From an uncultured Bacilli bacterium (GTDB lineage Bacteria; Bacillota_I; Bacilli_A; RF39; UBA660), in the NCBI GenBank assembly GCA_934167885.1, contig CAKPMB010000001.1:16615-80614 (forward strand): DNA of 64,000 nt, in the 5' to 3' direction. The translations under genes and the position numbers were made by a program. Below are positions 1-11,635 of the stretch, in pieces. Each line of letters starts with the position of its first letter. Position 1 is the stretch's first letter. Below the pieces are notes generated by a model. That model did no database searches. It saw nothing but the letters and a program-made list of their open reading frames with translations, and was not told the DNA's origin.

Positions 1-611
1 TCTGGAGTTGGAATCCATGTATCAACAGCATCCATTAACTTATCAATAGCTTCAACATACTTAGGATCTCCTTCAAGAGCCTTAAGAGCAGAACCACGAA
101 TAATTGGAGTATTATCACCATCAAATCCGTATTCATTTAATAAGTCACGAATTTCCATTTCAACTAATTCTAATAATTCTTCATCATCAACCATATCGCA
201 TTTGTTCATGAATACAACCATTTTAGGTACACCAACTTGACGAGCAAGTAAGATATGTTCACGAGTTTGAGCCATAGGTCCATCAGTAGCAGCAATAACT
301 AGAATTGCACCATCCATTTGTGCAGCACCAGTAATCATGTTCTTTACATAATCAGCATGTCCTGGGCAGTCAACATGGGCATAGTGACGAGTTGCTGTTT
401 GATATTCAACGTGAGAAGTATTAATTGTAATACCACGTTCTCTTTCTTCTGGAGCCTTATCAATATTTGCATAATCAACAAATTCTCCACCAAATTTTTC
501 TGCTTGTCTCTTAGTGATAGCAGCAGTTAAAGTAGTTTTACCATGGTCAACGTGTCCAATAGTACCAATGTTAACATGTGGTTTACTACGATCAAATTTT
601 TCTTTTGCCAT
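1..611 (-). CDS. tuf: Elongation factor Tu, N-terminal part. The gene runs off the left edge; the start codon is at 609-611.
   Basis: Reverse translation gives [34 protein letters not shown]...DCPGHADY..., an unmistakable EF-Tu GTPase domain. A GGAGG RBS sits just upstream of the ATG. It lies downstream of fusA as in the str operon. Confidence 0.9.
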   Translation of the reverse strand, partial: MAKEKFDRSKPHVNIGTIGHVDHGKTTLTAAITKRQAEKFGGEFVDYANIDKAPEERERGITINTSHVEYQTATRHYAHVDCPGHADYVKNMITGAAQMDGAILVIAATDGPMAQTREHILLARQVGVPKMVVFMNKCDMVDDEELLELVEMEIRDLLNEYGFDGDNTPIIRGSALKALEGDPKYVEAIDKLMDAVDTWIPTP

Positions 612-727
612 TATTATTTCCTCCTTTTTTCATTTACTTTTTTATTGTATCTAACAATTGAATAATTTTCAACTATTTTTCCTTAAATAATCAATAAAGA
701 CAAAATATTTACTATTTTTTATATATA

Positions 728-2797
728 TTAATTACCACTTTTTTTAATTATCTCTTGAGCAATATTTTGAGGCACTTCTTCATAATGATCAAAAATCATT
801 TGGAATGTTCCTCTACCTTGTGTATTGCTTCTTAAGCTTGTTGCATAACCAAACATTTCTGAAAGTGGAACCATTGCTTCAAGAGCAATTGCATTACCAC
901 GAGATTCTTGTCCCATTGGTCTTCCACGACGTGATGGAATATCTCCCATTACTGTTCCAAAATATTCTTCAGGAACAACAACATCAACTTTCATAATAGG
1001 TTCTAGCAATACTGGACGGCATTTTTCTTTAGCTTCTTTTAAAGCAAAACTTGCCGCAATCTTAAATGCCATTTCATTTGAGTCAACTTCATGATATGAT
1101 CCATCAAATAATGTACATTTAACATCAATCATTGGATATCCAGCTAAAACACCACCGGCTAAAGCTTCTTGTAATCCTTTGTCAACAACTGGGATATATT
1201 CACGAGGAACTACACCACCAACAACTTCATCAACAAATTCATATCCTTTATCAGGATTTGGTTCAAACTTAATCCATACGTGTCCATATTGTCCACGACC
1301 ACCAGATTGTTTAATATATTTACCTTCACAATCAGCAGCTTGGCGAATTGTTTCACGATAAGCAACTTGTGGTTTACCAATATTAGCTTCAACGTTGAAT
1401 TCACGACGCATACGATCAACTAATACATCTAAGTGTAATTCACCCATACCAGCAATAACTGTTTGACCAGTTTCTTGATCAGTATGAACTCTAAATGTTG
1501 GATCTTCTTCAGCTAATTTTGATAAAGCAATACCCATTTTTTCTTGATCTGCTTTACTCTTTGGTTCAACAGCAAGTTCAATAACAGGTTCTGGGAATTC
1601 CATTTGTTCCAAAATAACTGGTTTCTTTTCATCACATAATGTATCACCAGTTGTTGTATTTTTTAAACCAACAGCAGCTGCAATATCACCAGTCCATACA
1701 TCTGAAATTTCTGTTCTGTGATTTGCATGCATTTGTAATATACGTCCAATTCTTTCCTTAACATCTTTTGTGCTATTTAAAACATAACTACCACTTGATA
1801 AATGTCCTGAATATACACGGAAGAATGTTAAACGTCCTACGAATGGATCAGTCATAACTTTAAATGCTAATGAACTAAATGGTTCATCATCACGTGGATG
1901 ACGTTGACATGGATTACCATTTAAATCAACACCATCAATTGAAGCAACGTCAACTGGACTTGGTAAGTAATCAATAACAGCATCAAGTAATAACTTAATA
2001 CCCATGTTACCTAAAGCTGTTCCACACATAACTGGGAAGAACTTAACTTCCAAAGTTCCTTTACGAATTGCCTTTTTAATCATATCAACAGTAACTTCGC
2101 CACCATCAAGATATGTCATCATCATTTCATCATCAAATTCAGCAACAGCTTCAATTAATTCTTCATGTTTCTTTTCGGCAATTTCAACTAAATCACTAGG
2201 AATTTCAATTTCAGTTGCATTTTCTTCTTGTTTACCATCATATGAATAAGCCTTCATTGTAACTAAGTCAATAACACCATGGAAAGTATCTTCAGCTCCA
2301 ATTGGCCATTCAATAGGTTTAGCATTAACGCCTAAACGAGAATCAATACTCTTTAAGCTATATTCAAAACTTGCCCCCATCTTATCCATTTTATTGGCAA
2401 AAATAATTCTTGGAACATGAAATTCTGTAGCTTGACGCCATACAGTTTCAGTTTGTGGTTCAACACCAGCCTGAGCATCCAATAGTGCAACAGCACCATC
2501 CAATACTCTTAAACTACGACTAACTTCAACAGTAAAATCTACGTGTCCTGGAGTATCGATGATATTAAAACGATACTTTTTCCAGAAAGCAGTTGTTGCA
2601 GCTGAAGTAATAGTAATACCACGCTCTTGTTCTTGCTCCATCCAGTCCATTTGTGATGCACCATCATGAGTTTCACCAATTTTATGAATTTTCTTTGTAT
2701 GGAATAATACACGTTCTGTACAAGTTGTTTTACCTGCATCAATATGTGCCATAATTCCAAAATTTCTTGTCATCTGTAAAGATGTTTCACGAGCCAT
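728..2797 (-). CDS. fusA: Elongation factor G
   Basis: The 689-aa ORF begins [25 protein letters not shown] and has GTPase motifs and an EF-G domain IV/V signature. It is syntenic with rpsG and tuf. Confidence 0.95.
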   Translation of the reverse strand: MARETSLQMTRNFGIMAHIDAGKTTCTERVLFHTKKIHKIGETHDGASQMDWMEQEQERGITITSAATTAFWKKYRFNIIDTPGHVDFTVEVSRSLRVLDGAVALLDAQAGVEPQTETVWRQATEFHVPRIIFANKMDKMGASFEYSLKSIDSRLGVNAKPIEWPIGAEDTFHGVIDLVTMKAYSYDGKQEENATEIEIPSDLVEIAEKKHEELIEAVAEFDDEMMMTYLDGGEVTVDMIKKAIRKGTLEVKFFPVMCGTALGNMGIKLLLDAVIDYLPSPVDVASIDGVDLNGNPCQRHPRDDEPFSSLAFKVMTDPFVGRLTFFRVYSGHLSSGSYVLNSTKDVKERIGRILQMHANHRTEISDVWTGDIAAAVGLKNTTTGDTLCDEKKPVILEQMEFPEPVIELAVEPKSKADQEKMGIALSKLAEEDPTFRVHTDQETGQTVIAGMGELHLDVLVDRMRREFNVEANIGKPQVAYRETIRQAADCEGKYIKQSGGRGQYGHVWIKFEPNPDKGYEFVDEVVGGVVPREYIPVVDKGLQEALAGGVLAGYPMIDVKCTLFDGSYHEVDSNEMAFKIAASFALKEAKEKCRPVLLEPIMKVDVVVPEEYFGTVMGDIPSRRGRPMGQESRGNAIALEAMVPLSEMFGYATSLRSNTQGRGTFQMIFDHYEEVPQNIAQEIIKKSGN

Positions 2798-2811
2798 ATA
2801 TTAATTCCTTT

Positions 2812-3279
2812 CTACCAACGGAAATGTGCGAAAGCCTTATTAGCCTCTGCCATTCTATGTGTATCTTCTCTTTTCTTAACAGCAGCACCAGTTCCATTAG
2901 ATGCATCAATTATTTCATTAGCTAAATTAAGGGCCATACCATTTCCACCTCTTAATCTTGCATAATTAACTAACCATCTAAGTCCTAAAGTTTGACTTCT
3001 TGTCTCACTAACTTCAACTGGTACTTGGTAATTACTACCACCAACACGTCTTGATTTAACTTCAAGTTGTGGTTTTATATTTTCTAAAGCTTTTTCAAAT
3101 ACTACAACAGGATCTTCATTTGTCTTTTCTTTGATTATATCAAAAGCTTCGTAAAGTATAGTTTCAGCTTTTCCTTTTTTACCATCATACATTATACGGT
3201 TAACAAGTTTAGTTACAACTTTAGACTTATATATTGGATCTGGTAAAACATCTCTTTTAACTGCACGTCTTTTACGCAT
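2812..3279 (-). CDS. rpsG: 30S ribosomal protein S7
   Basis: Starting at the internal Met gives [20 protein letters not shown]..., the canonical S7 N-terminus. GGAGG lies upstream of this ATG, and the longer ORF-track start would read through that RBS. Confidence 0.9.
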   Translation of the reverse strand: MRKRRAVKRDVLPDPIYKSKVVTKLVNRIMYDGKKGKAETILYEAFDIIKEKTNEDPVVVFEKALENIKPQLEVKSRRVGGSNYQVPVEVSETRSQTLGLRWLVNYARLRGGNGMALNLANEIIDASNGTGAAVKKREDTHRMAEANKAFAHFRW

Positions 3280-3318
3280 TTTATTTCCTCCCTTCATTTA
3301 ATCAATGATTAAATTTTT

Positions 3319-3735
3319 TTATTTTTTCTTATCTTTTTTTGTTCCGTATTTACTACGTCCTTGTTTTCTATCTTTTACACCAGCAGTATCTAACGTTCCA
3401 CGAATAATGTGATAACGTACACCGATTAAATCAGGAACACGTCCTCCACGAATTAGAACAACACTGTGCTCTTGTAAATTATGTCCTTCTCCAGGAATAT
3501 AAGTAGTAACTTCCATTCCATTACTTAATCTAACACGGGCATATTTTCTTAATGCAGAGTTAGGTTTCTTAGGAGTCATAGTTCCAACACGAACACAAAC
3601 ACCACGTTTTTGAGGTGCATTAATCTTAGTTTGTTTCTTTTGAATATTATTAATTCCAACTAATAAAACAGGTGATTTTGGTTTTCTAACCTTTTGACCT
3701 CTTCTATTTTTAACTAATTGATTAATTGTAGGCAT
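3319..3735 (-). CDS. rpsL: 30S ribosomal protein S12
   Basis: [25 protein letters not shown]...[15 protein letters not shown] is a canonical S12. An AAGGAGAAC RBS sits upstream of the internal Met, and the longer ORF start is rejected. Confidence 0.9.
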   Translation of the reverse strand: MPTINQLVKNRRGQKVRKPKSPVLLVGINNIQKKQTKINAPQKRGVCVRVGTMTPKKPNSALRKYARVRLSNGMEVTTYIPGEGHNLQEHSVVLIRGGRVPDLIGVRYHIIRGTLDTAGVKDRKQGRSKYGTKKDKKK

Positions 3736-3824
3736 AAGTTCTCCTTTCTTACACACATCCAGGTGTATCATTTTATCCATTAAAATTAGGTTTTGCATAA
3801 CAAAACCCAAATTTCATAAACGAG

Positions 3825-3853
3825 ATTATTCTACTATAATTAAAGCCTAATGT
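3825..3853 (-). promoter_or_regulatory. Putative sigma-A promoter of the rpsL-rpsG-fusA-tuf operon
   Basis: The minus strand reads TTGACA, then 17 nt, then TAGAAT, about 90 nt upstream of the rpsL ATG. Confidence 0.3.
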
Positions 3854-3863
3854 CAAGTTTATT

Positions 3864-4409
3864 TTAGCTATTTTTATTTAAAGACAATTTTATATATTTT
3901 TTCTTATTTTTATTACCACAATAGCATATATATACCATTTTTAAGTTAGAATACTCTTCTTTTGATATGCGAATATTAACATCATAATCCTCACCATGAT
4001 AAGCTGAAACAATAATTTTATTTAATTTATCATACGAAGTAACGCCTGCAATACTCTTACCAGTGCCATTAATATTAATAACCCCTTCTTCAAGTTTTTT
4101 CTTTCGTTTATCATCCACAACATAAATATTATGCATAACAAATGGGCGATTTGATTCATTATACACACTCAAAATAAAATGACATTCAACATATCGTGTT
4201 TTATCCGTCATTTTCTTTAGAACTTCCAAATAACCACTCTTACCATTACCATAAAATGACTCACCAGTATTATTAATTGCAATGTGAACTTTTTTACTAT
4301 TATTAATCATTTCATAGACCACAATCACTAAAACACTTGTTAAAAAACTAATTATCATTACAAGAAAAACATCAAACTCTGAAAGGTTAATAACACTATC
4401 AAAAAACAT
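3864..4409 (-). CDS. Hypothetical protein with an N-terminal transmembrane anchor
   Basis: 181-aa ORF with one N-terminal TM helix (FLVMIISFLTSVLVIVVY) followed by a beta-rich soluble domain. No family recognised. Confidence 0.5.
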   Translation of the reverse strand: MFFDSVINLSEFDVFLVMIISFLTSVLVIVVYEMINNSKKVHIAINNTGESFYGNGKSGYLEVLKKMTDKTRYVECHFILSVYNESNRPFVMHNIYVVDDKRKKKLEEGVININGTGKSIAGVTSYDKLNKIIVSAYHGEDYDVNIRISKEEYSNLKMVYICYCGNKNKKKYIKLSLNKNS

Positions 4410-4481
4410 AGATCCTCCATATGCCTTGTATTATAGCATAAATTAAAAAATTAGCAACAAAAAAGACCCTTTAATGGCCTT

Positions 4482-4958
4482 CTATTTTAATACCTTTCTT
4501 TTCATGATATCGTCGTAATTAATCATATGTTCTTCACTATATGGATTTATATCTGTTAAATCATTTTCATATTCTTCAAATAATTTTCCACGATCTAGTG
4601 ATCTCTCACGCATTGTATCAATATAATAATCATTGTCTAAAACATTAAATACAATAACATCAATAAAATGTTGTAATTCACCAATTTCTTTTTTTCTTAA
4701 AGACTTAAGAATATTTAATAAATCACTTTCTTTAACAATCTCACATACCTCACTTGGAACAACAAGCTCCTTACCAGTGAAAAACTCTGTCATTTGACCA
4801 TTTTCAGGATTAATTGTTGCTAATAAAATGGCATTATCACCTTCTACTAATTCATTATATCCTTGTCTTACAAATTCACGATGTAAACGTCTACAAACAA
4901 CGTCATCCTTCTTATCATGATGATTCTTTACATAAACTTTAACATAATCCTCGTTCAT
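4482..4958 (-). CDS. Hypothetical cytoplasmic protein
   Basis: The start was moved to the internal Met MNEDYVKVYV, which is preceded by a GGAGGG RBS. Acidic C-terminus, no recognisable motif. Confidence 0.5.
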   Translation of the reverse strand: MNEDYVKVYVKNHHDKKDDVVCRRLHREFVRQGYNELVEGDNAILLATINPENGQMTEFFTGKELVVPSEVCEIVKESDLLNILKSLRKKEIGELQHFIDVIVFNVLDNDYYIDTMRERSLDRGKLFEEYENDLTDINPYSEEHMINYDDIMKRKVLK

Positions 4959-5014
4959 ACAAACCCTCCAAAACACCGTTATCTTATCATAAAAAAAATT
5001 AAAAAGCAAATATC

Positions 5015-5293
5015 TTAATAATTTTCTTCGTGAACTACTTCAGCCTCAATAATATTTTTATCAATAACACGACTATTACTAGTATATTCTTTCATATTAT
5101 TATAATTCTCATTATTCTTTTTCATACGATAAAAAACAACACGATTATATACCATATATATTAATACACCAACCAAAATAACTGGCAATAAAAAGATTAA
5201 GAATCTACCAATTATCAAAATTAAAGCAATCCAACATATCATTTTTAATAATGACTTTATATAACTATTATCCATAAACATCACCAAAAACAT
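5015..5293 (-). CDS. Small membrane protein
   Basis: 92 aa with one long hydrophobic helix (ICWIALILIIGRFLIFLLPVILVGVLIYMVY), sitting between two other membrane-protein genes. Confidence 0.4.
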   Translation of the reverse strand: MFLVMFMDNSYIKSLLKMICWIALILIIGRFLIFLLPVILVGVLIYMVYNRVVFYRMKKNNENYNNMKEYTSNSRVIDKNIIEAEVVHEENY

Positions 5294-5347
5294 TATAACA
5301 TAGCTTTTTAATTTATAATTTAAAACACATAATATTTAACAAAGATT

Positions 5348-5917
5348 TCATTTATAAATACCATAAACTTTATTTAAAGGATCAAAGAAAAATGATATTT
5401 TAATTGGATTATATGTCAAATATAAAGACACAATAAACATAATTAATAATGAAATAATACCTAATACATTTAATAAAATATTCTTTTTAGTATTATATAA
5501 CAATTTAACATTTATGAATTGTGATATTAAAATGGTTATAAAATATATAATCAAAGTAACAACCATCTTTTCGCCTATTAAATAGTATATTGGTAAGTAT
5601 ATAGCATAGAAAATAACGAGGTTTGCAAGAACCGTTATAAACAAACAAAGGCAATAATTATTAAATCGTTCTTTTTTTAAATACAGATATAAATACAAAA
5701 AAGGTGCATAAATAATAGGAGTAATGAAAATCATTTTAGCATGTTCATACAAACTTTCATTAACTGGAAAAATCACAGTTGCAAAGGATGGCAACCATTC
5801 ATACAAATTATGGGTAATAAAAGCAAGTCCAAAAATTAAAATACTATTTATAATTGTTAACTTAATACTTTTTTTATTCTTTTCTAACATAAAAATCACC
5901 AATAATATTCTACACAT
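5348..5917 (-). CDS. Multi-pass integral membrane protein of unknown function
   Basis: 189 aa with at least five predicted TM helices. Alternative start MLEKNKK at 5890. Contains a FPVNESLYEHAKM motif. Confidence 0.5.
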   Translation of the reverse strand: MCRILLVIFMLEKNKKSIKLTIINSILIFGLAFITHNLYEWLPSFATVIFPVNESLYEHAKMIFITPIIYAPFLYLYLYLKKERFNNYCLCLFITVLANLVIFYAIYLPIYYLIGEKMVVTLIIYFITILISQFINVKLLYNTKKNILLNVLGIISLLIMFIVSLYLTYNPIKISFFFDPLNKVYGIYK

Positions 5918-5935
5918 TATTAGTGATTTTATTCA

Positions 5936-7207
5936 TTAAAGATCTCTTAAACAAAAGGTTGCATAAACAGGGATAGAAATTATTTCTTTTCTCTTAGAAA
6001 AGTTTTCCTCAGTTATTTTAATAGCATATGTCATATTATATTTACTCAAAAATAAAGATAATGATTTAGCTTTAAGTAATTTAGGATTAACAATTTCTAC
6101 CGGGATAATTTTACCAAATTTATTTTGAATAACAAAACTTATTTCGGCTTTGCCATCTGATTGATAATAATATAAACTATGACCAAAACTTACTAAAGTA
6201 TTAGCAACATTATTCTCAATAACGCTTCTTCTAATAGTATTGTCAGTAATTAACTTCATTTTATTTAAATGCATCATTGTAACTAATAAACCAGAATCAT
6301 TAGCATATAATCTAAAACTTTCTAAGTCTTTATAACTACTTAATGGACTCTTAATATCTAAAAGACGATAACTACGATTAACTAATGAATTGTGTGTTAA
6401 GTAATTTATACTATTTTCATATTCTTTACTACGTCCACCCTTTTTTATTAAGCCGTATTGAAATTTATGATTATCTTTTAGTAGTTGATATGGCAAACTA
6501 TTAATAACTTCTTTAGTTCTTTGTGAATTAACATCTTCTTCGCCAATAGGTGTTTCACTTAAATAAACGCTATATATTTTTTGTTTAATAGCATCTTGTT
6601 TATAATAACTTTCATTATTAAAATAAGCATTAACTACTTCAGGAAAACCACCTGTTACTAAGTAATCATTATACATATCAAGTGCTAATTGATGAAATGG
6701 CATTGGCTTTAGGGTTTGATAACTATCTTTAATAAAGTCAATTAATTGCTTTTTATCACTATTTAATAAAAACTCTTCAAAATCCATACCATGCATATTG
6801 CAATACCTAAATTCTTCATTTTTTACTTTATTTAGAACATCTCTTCGTGATGTAATAGCAATAATATTATATTTACTACTATAATTATTGAAAACTTTTA
6901 AATATTTTAAAAACTCTTCATCGTTACAATTATCAAATATAATTAAAGTATCATCATCAAGGATTGATTCTGATGATAACATTGATAGTTTAAAAATGAT
7001 TTTATCAATAGTCTTTTCTCTTTTAAAAACCTCATATAAAACAAGATTATTAGTTGTATCAAAATATACAATATTTTTATAATTACTCTCACCGAATGAT
7101 AAGGCCGAATATGTTTTACCAATTTGACGTTTTCCATACAAAAGTAATATTTTTTTATTAGCATCTCGCTTCCATTTTAAAAGCTCTTCATTAATTTTTC
7201 GCTCCAT
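5936..7207 (-). CDS. AAA+ ATPase of the COG1373 / DUF4143 type
   Basis: Walker A LLLYGKRQIGKTY sits near the N-terminus. Length (about 420 aa) and layout are typical of the AAA_14 + DUF4143 family. GGAGGG RBS. Confidence 0.7.
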   Translation of the reverse strand: MERKINEELLKWKRDANKKILLLYGKRQIGKTYSALSFGESNYKNIVYFDTTNNLVLYEVFKREKTIDKIIFKLSMLSSESILDDDTLIIFDNCNDEEFLKYLKVFNNYSSKYNIIAITSRRDVLNKVKNEEFRYCNMHGMDFEEFLLNSDKKQLIDFIKDSYQTLKPMPFHQLALDMYNDYLVTGGFPEVVNAYFNNESYYKQDAIKQKIYSVYLSETPIGEEDVNSQRTKEVINSLPYQLLKDNHKFQYGLIKKGGRSKEYENSINYLTHNSLVNRSYRLLDIKSPLSSYKDLESFRLYANDSGLLVTMMHLNKMKLITDNTIRRSVIENNVANTLVSFGHSLYYYQSDGKAEISFVIQNKFGKIIPVEIVNPKLLKAKSLSLFLSKYNMTYAIKITEENFSKRKEIISIPVYATFCLRDL

Positions 7208-7295
7208 ATATTGTATCCCTCCTACACTTATCTTAACTTAAGTATAGGTTTATTTATAAAAAAAGTCAATATGTTTAACAACATATGACTAAATA

Positions 7296-8039
7296 TTATT
7301 TAATTTTATTTTTATAAAATCTAATATCATTTTCAACTTTCACTATTTCACGTTTTAACTTTATAATCTCATCCATAGTATTATTAATAGACTCTTTAGT
7401 CTTAGAAGCCTTATCATCAGCTGCTTTTAATTTATTACAACATTTATCTAACTTTTTATATAAATATTTTTCATTTTTTAGGCATTTAGTATAAAATGCA
7501 ATGTTATAAACAAAAATAAATATAGCGACAATTAATAAAAGTTGGACTTTAAAAGCAATGTATAAAAAGATTAAAGTAATAGCAATTATAGTTAGAATAA
7601 TAAATTTAAAATTCTTATTATTGCTTTGATTCAATTTATCTTGACACTCACATAAAATGTTTTTAAGATTATAATAATTATCATATACCGTGCTATAATC
7701 TTGATAAGTTGTAGATAAATCATTATACAATTTTTTTAATATAGCCTTTTTATTATTCCTTATTTCTTCTAATCTTATAATCTCATTAATATATTCTAAA
7801 TGCTCACTAGTATTAAAACTTTTTTTATTAAAAATATCTTTATTTTTCTTATTATCTTTATTTATAGAAACTGTATTATTTTCAAGTTCTTTTTTAACTT
7901 CAAAAATAACTTTTAATACTTTTTCATCACCCTTATGATCAGGATGATATTTTTTTATCAAGTTTTTTAAATTCTTTTTTACTTTGGCATTATAGACACC
8001 ATCATATTCTATTAATCTATATATATCATCCTTTTTCAT
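7296..8039 (-). CDS. J-domain (DnaJ-like) membrane protein
   Basis: The N-terminus DIYRLIEYDGVYNAKV...KKYHPDHKGDE carries the HPD J-domain motif. A lysine-rich coiled coil follows, then a TM segment (FIILTIIAITLIFLYIAF). Confidence 0.6.
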   Translation of the reverse strand: MKKDDIYRLIEYDGVYNAKVKKNLKNLIKKYHPDHKGDEKVLKVIFEVKKELENNTVSINKDNKKNKDIFNKKSFNTSEHLEYINEIIRLEEIRNNKKAILKKLYNDLSTTYQDYSTVYDNYYNLKNILCECQDKLNQSNNKNFKFIILTIIAITLIFLYIAFKVQLLLIVAIFIFVYNIAFYTKCLKNEKYLYKKLDKCCNKLKAADDKASKTKESINNTMDEIIKLKREIVKVENDIRFYKNKIK

Positions 8040-8049
8040 ACATCTTCCT

Positions 8050-9345
8050 TTATTTATTATTAAATTGTTTTAAGGCTTCATCTAATTGATTGTCTTTACC
8101 TTCTAAGTCATAGACATATTCAACCAACACATCTGGTTCAATTCCTACACTATCTATAGAATGGCCATTTGGTGTTAACCATTCTTGGAAAGTGTATTTT
8201 ATCATCGCTCCATTTGATAGCGTATAGGCCTTTTGCACTTTACCTTTACCAAAAGTCTTGATTCCTACTATTTTAGCTCCATAATTTTCCGATAGGGCTG
8301 CTGTTAAAACTTCGCTTGCTGAAGCAGATGCAGAGTTTGTTAAAACAACCACAGGCAAGGAACAACTCTCACTTGTTTTATCTTTTATTTTCTCTACTTT
8401 ATCTTTTGTTTTTAATTGATATATTACACTACCCTTTTCCGTAAATAGAGATATTATATCCGTAACCGTCGATAAATAACCACCTGAATTATTACGAACA
8501 TCAATAATTAAACCTTCAATATTTTGTTTTTGCAATTCATCAAAATGATCTTTAAATTGTTTATATGTATTATTTGCAAAAATAGATATAACAATGTAAC
8601 CTATTTTTTTATTTTTGTTTTCTAAAACTTTAGATGTAACACTTTCAATATCAATCATACCACGCGTTAAAGTGAAGTTCATTTCTAAATCATTTCTTTT
8701 AACTTTAAGTGTTACTTTGGTGCCCTTTTTTCCCTTAACAAGGGATGCTATTTCGGATGTCGTTAGACCTTTTACTTCCTTTCCATCAACGGATAATAAA
8801 ACATCCCCAGTCATTAAACCTTCTTTTTGAGCGGAACTATTATCAAAGACACGTCCAATTGATACAACTTCCGTTTTATAGTTATAAGTAACTTCAGCCC
8901 CAATACCTGAGTATTCTCCTTCAACTTTTTCATTAAATTCTTGTGATTCTGAAGCATCCATATATGACGCATAAGGATCTCCTAAATAATCTATCATACC
9001 CTCAATTCCTGATTGTAATAACTCATTAGCATCAATATCCTTATAATATGATGATAAAATATCTTGATAAGTATCTGCGAATTCATTTAAAGAATCACTT
9101 ATATCACTACTAAATGTTCCCTTACCAAACATAATAAAACCACCAATGATAATACCAAATAAAAAGGTTATTATCATGACTGAAAGCATTTCATTAATAG
9201 TAAATTTATTATTATTTCTTTTAATATTTTTTTTATAAAACTTAGTTATTTTATCTTTTAAACTAACTTTTTTCTTTTTACTTTTTTTAATATTATTATC
9301 TTTTTTTATACTACTCTTCTCATTCTTTTTATTATTAAATTTCAT
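8050..9345 (-). CDS. ctpA: S41 family C-terminal processing peptidase with PDZ domain
   Basis: N-terminal TM, a PDZ-like segment (GIGAEV...VTLKVKR) and the S41 catalytic region LTNSASASASEVLTAAL...GKTFGKG. Start set at the internal Met, which has a GAGGT RBS. Confidence 0.8.
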   Translation of the reverse strand: MKFNNKKNEKSSIKKDNNIKKSKKKKVSLKDKITKFYKKNIKRNNNKFTINEMLSVMIITFLFGIIIGGFIMFGKGTFSSDISDSLNEFADTYQDILSSYYKDIDANELLQSGIEGMIDYLGDPYASYMDASESQEFNEKVEGEYSGIGAEVTYNYKTEVVSIGRVFDNSSAQKEGLMTGDVLLSVDGKEVKGLTTSEIASLVKGKKGTKVTLKVKRNDLEMNFTLTRGMIDIESVTSKVLENKNKKIGYIVISIFANNTYKQFKDHFDELQKQNIEGLIIDVRNNSGGYLSTVTDIISLFTEKGSVIYQLKTKDKVEKIKDKTSESCSLPVVVLTNSASASASEVLTAALSENYGAKIVGIKTFGKGKVQKAYTLSNGAMIKYTFQEWLTPNGHSIDSVGIEPDVLVEYVYDLEGKDNQLDEALKQFNNK

Positions 9346-9460
9346 AATTACCTCATTAATTATATATTTATATAATAACACAAAATAACCCTAAATTGAA
9401 CGTTTTAGAACAAAATAAATATTTATTGATTAACAATATCTTTTTAATGTATAATAGGTA

Positions 9461-10753
9461 TTGGGATGTGATATTATGCGTATCGTTACATTAGAACCAC
9501 AAGATTTTGATACATTCGCTCGTAGTCATAAGTATGAAAGCTATTTTCAAACATCTGATTATGCCAATTTTGAAGCAAATAAAGGTTATAAAATTCATTA
9601 TTTGGGATTCTTGGATGATGATGATAACTTAGTTGGAGCAGCAATGTGTCTTTATAAAAAATTATTTTGGAATTACAATTTTGCCTATATTCCAAGAGGG
9701 TTATTAATAGATTATGATAATCCATACTTAGTTAATAAAATTACTCTTAAATTAAAGAAACTTTTATATAAACAAAACTACGTATTTATAAAAATTGATC
9801 CTCCTGTTATTGCTAGTGAAAAAGATTTTAGTGGTAAAACATTATATCTAAGCAATACAGCTGGTGAAATTATTAATACTTTAAAAAACAACAATTATAA
9901 ACATATGGGCTTTAATCTAAATTATGAAACAAAATTACCACGTTTTAATGTTATTACAAAACTAAATAAAGATACAAAAGAAATGTTTAGTAAATTTAAT
10001 CCTGAAGTTAAAGAAAACATTCGTTATGCTAAGCAACTTGGTATTAAAATTATTGAAGAAGAAAATAATAACATTGATACTTTCTTTGAACTTATAAAAT
10101 ATACATATGGACGAGTTGGTAAAAAATATTTTACTGATTTATATTCAGCATTTAAACAAGATGATAAAATAGATATTTTCTATACTGTTATTAATTCTCA
10201 AGAATATGTTAAAAATGCTAATAAATATTATAACCAAGAAGAAGAAACAAATCGTGGTTTAGGGGAAATTATTAAATTAAATGATAGAGTTCACTATAAT
10301 ATTGAAAAAGTAATAAATGATAAAATGGAATCAGACAAACGTCTTGAAAAATACAAAAATGATGTTATAAATGCTACTAACTTTTTAAGAAAATATCCTG
10401 ATAGTAAAATATTAGGAGCAAGTTTAGTTATTAAGCATCAAAAAGGCGCTGATTGCCTTATATTATATGAAGATAAAAACGCCAACATTTTTAAGTCTAA
10501 TCCACTTCTTATTAGTTATATGTGTGAAAAATATGCTAATGAAGGATTAAAATACTTAATATTAGGACCAACAACGGGTAATTTTGATCGAAATAATCCA
10601 CGTTTTAAAGCCAATATTAATAAAATGGGCTTTAATTCTTCAATTATTGAATATATTGGTGAGTTTGATTTAATAATTAATCCTCTTATGTATAAAATTC
10701 ATGAACATAAGTTAGAAAAAGATAGAAAAAAACGTTTAAACAAAAAAAGATAG
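9461..10753 (+). CDS. FemAB-family peptidoglycan interpeptide-bridge aminoacyltransferase
   Basis: 430 aa with GNAT-like N- and C-terminal lobes around a central lysine-rich coiled-coil insertion (about residues 250-300), typical of FemA/FemB/FemX. The start may instead be at 9476. Confidence 0.75.
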   Translation: MGCDIMRIVTLEPQDFDTFARSHKYESYFQTSDYANFEANKGYKIHYLGFLDDDDNLVGAAMCLYKKLFWNYNFAYIPRGLLIDYDNPYLVNKITLKLKKLLYKQNYVFIKIDPPVIASEKDFSGKTLYLSNTAGEIINTLKNNNYKHMGFNLNYETKLPRFNVITKLNKDTKEMFSKFNPEVKENIRYAKQLGIKIIEEENNNIDTFFELIKYTYGRVGKKYFTDLYSAFKQDDKIDIFYTVINSQEYVKNANKYYNQEEETNRGLGEIIKLNDRVHYNIEKVINDKMESDKRLEKYKNDVINATNFLRKYPDSKILGASLVIKHQKGADCLILYEDKNANIFKSNPLLISYMCEKYANEGLKYLILGPTTGNFDRNNPRFKANINKMGFNSSIIEYIGEFDLIINPLMYKIHEHKLEKDRKKRLNKKR

Positions 10754-10770
10754 TCGCAAGACTATTTTTT

Positions 10771-11538
10771 TTAATTAACAAATTCATGAAATTCTAATCT
10801 TAATTTATCCGCTAGAGTTACAATAAATTCGGAATTCGTAGCTTTAGCTTTATCTATATCAACACTATATCCAAATATTTCTTCCATTAATTCCCAGTTA
10901 CCACGATTCCAACTAACTTCAATAGCATGCCTTATGGCTCTTTCTACTCTTGAATTAGTTGTCTCATATTTTTTAGCAATACTAGGATATAGTTCTTTGG
11001 TTATTGCATTAGCCATTAATGGATTACTAAATATCAAATTAATACCTTCTTTAATATATAAGTATCCTTTTATGTGAGATGGAACACCTAGTTCATGTAA
11101 TAATTTTGTAATTGACATTTGTAAGTTACTATAAAGTAAATTAATTGTTTTTCTGTTATAAGAACTATCTTCAGCATATTCTAATATTTTATTTTCTAAA
11201 TCACTTAATTCAAATGGTTTTAACATAAAATATTTAATACCTAGACCTGATACTTTACGAATTATTTCTGGTGAATTATACGATGTTAGAACAATTATTT
11301 TAAAGTTTTTACTTTCTTTATCAAGTTCTTCTAACACTTTGACACCATCCATACCAGGCATTATAAGATCAAGAATTACTAAATCTAAATCACTAGTATT
11401 CTTTATTAATTCTAATCCTTCCTGACCAGATCCGGCACTTGCAACTATATCAATTACTGCGTGACTACTAAAATACTCCTTTACCATGTCGACCAATTGT
11501 GCATTGTCGTCGATCATAAGCACTTTAATTTTTTTCAT
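10771..11538 (-). CDS. spo0A: Sporulation master regulator Spo0A
   Basis: Receiver domain (VLMIDDN...[14 protein letters not shown]...LTSY) fused to the Spo0A C-terminal domain ([16 protein letters not shown]...[36 protein letters not shown]). AAGGAG RBS before the MKKIKV start. Confidence 0.85.
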   Translation of the reverse strand: MKKIKVLMIDDNAQLVDMVKEYFSSHAVIDIVASAGSGQEGLELIKNTSDLDLVILDLIMPGMDGVKVLEELDKESKNFKIIVLTSYNSPEIIRKVSGLGIKYFMLKPFELSDLENKILEYAEDSSYNRKTINLLYSNLQMSITKLLHELGVPSHIKGYLYIKEGINLIFSNPLMANAITKELYPSIAKKYETTNSRVERAIRHAIEVSWNRGNWELMEEIFGYSVDIDKAKATNSEFIVTLADKLRLEFHEFVN

Positions 11539-11628
11539 TTTATCTCCTTTTGTCATATTTTCTCACTGCACGCATTATAATTATATAATATGATAATAAT
11601 TTTGACTATAGCGAAAAATAGAAAGTTT

Positions 11629-11635
11629 TGTCGAA
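11629..11635. promoter_or_regulatory. Candidate 0A box (TGTCGAA) in the spo0A upstream region
   Basis: TTTGTCGAATT matches the Spo0A-box consensus TGTCGAA exactly, about 95 nt upstream of the spo0A ATG. A TAGTCA-17-TATAAT sigma-A-like promoter lies between the box and the gene. Confidence 0.3.

Noticed and set aside
805-2760. Several 60-80-aa ORFs on both strands inside fusA (805-996, 1179-1361, 1210-1419, 2004-2249, 2539-2760)
   Set aside because: They lie fully inside the EF-G coding region. AT-rich antisense frames commonly stay open by chance.
3319-3810. Long ORF-track versions of rpsL (163 aa), rpsG (161 aa), spo0A, gap, clpP and ftsX with N-terminal extensions
   Set aside because: The extensions read through the genes' own Shine-Dalgarno sequences and are not present in homologues. 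Internal Met starts with good RBS were chosen instead.
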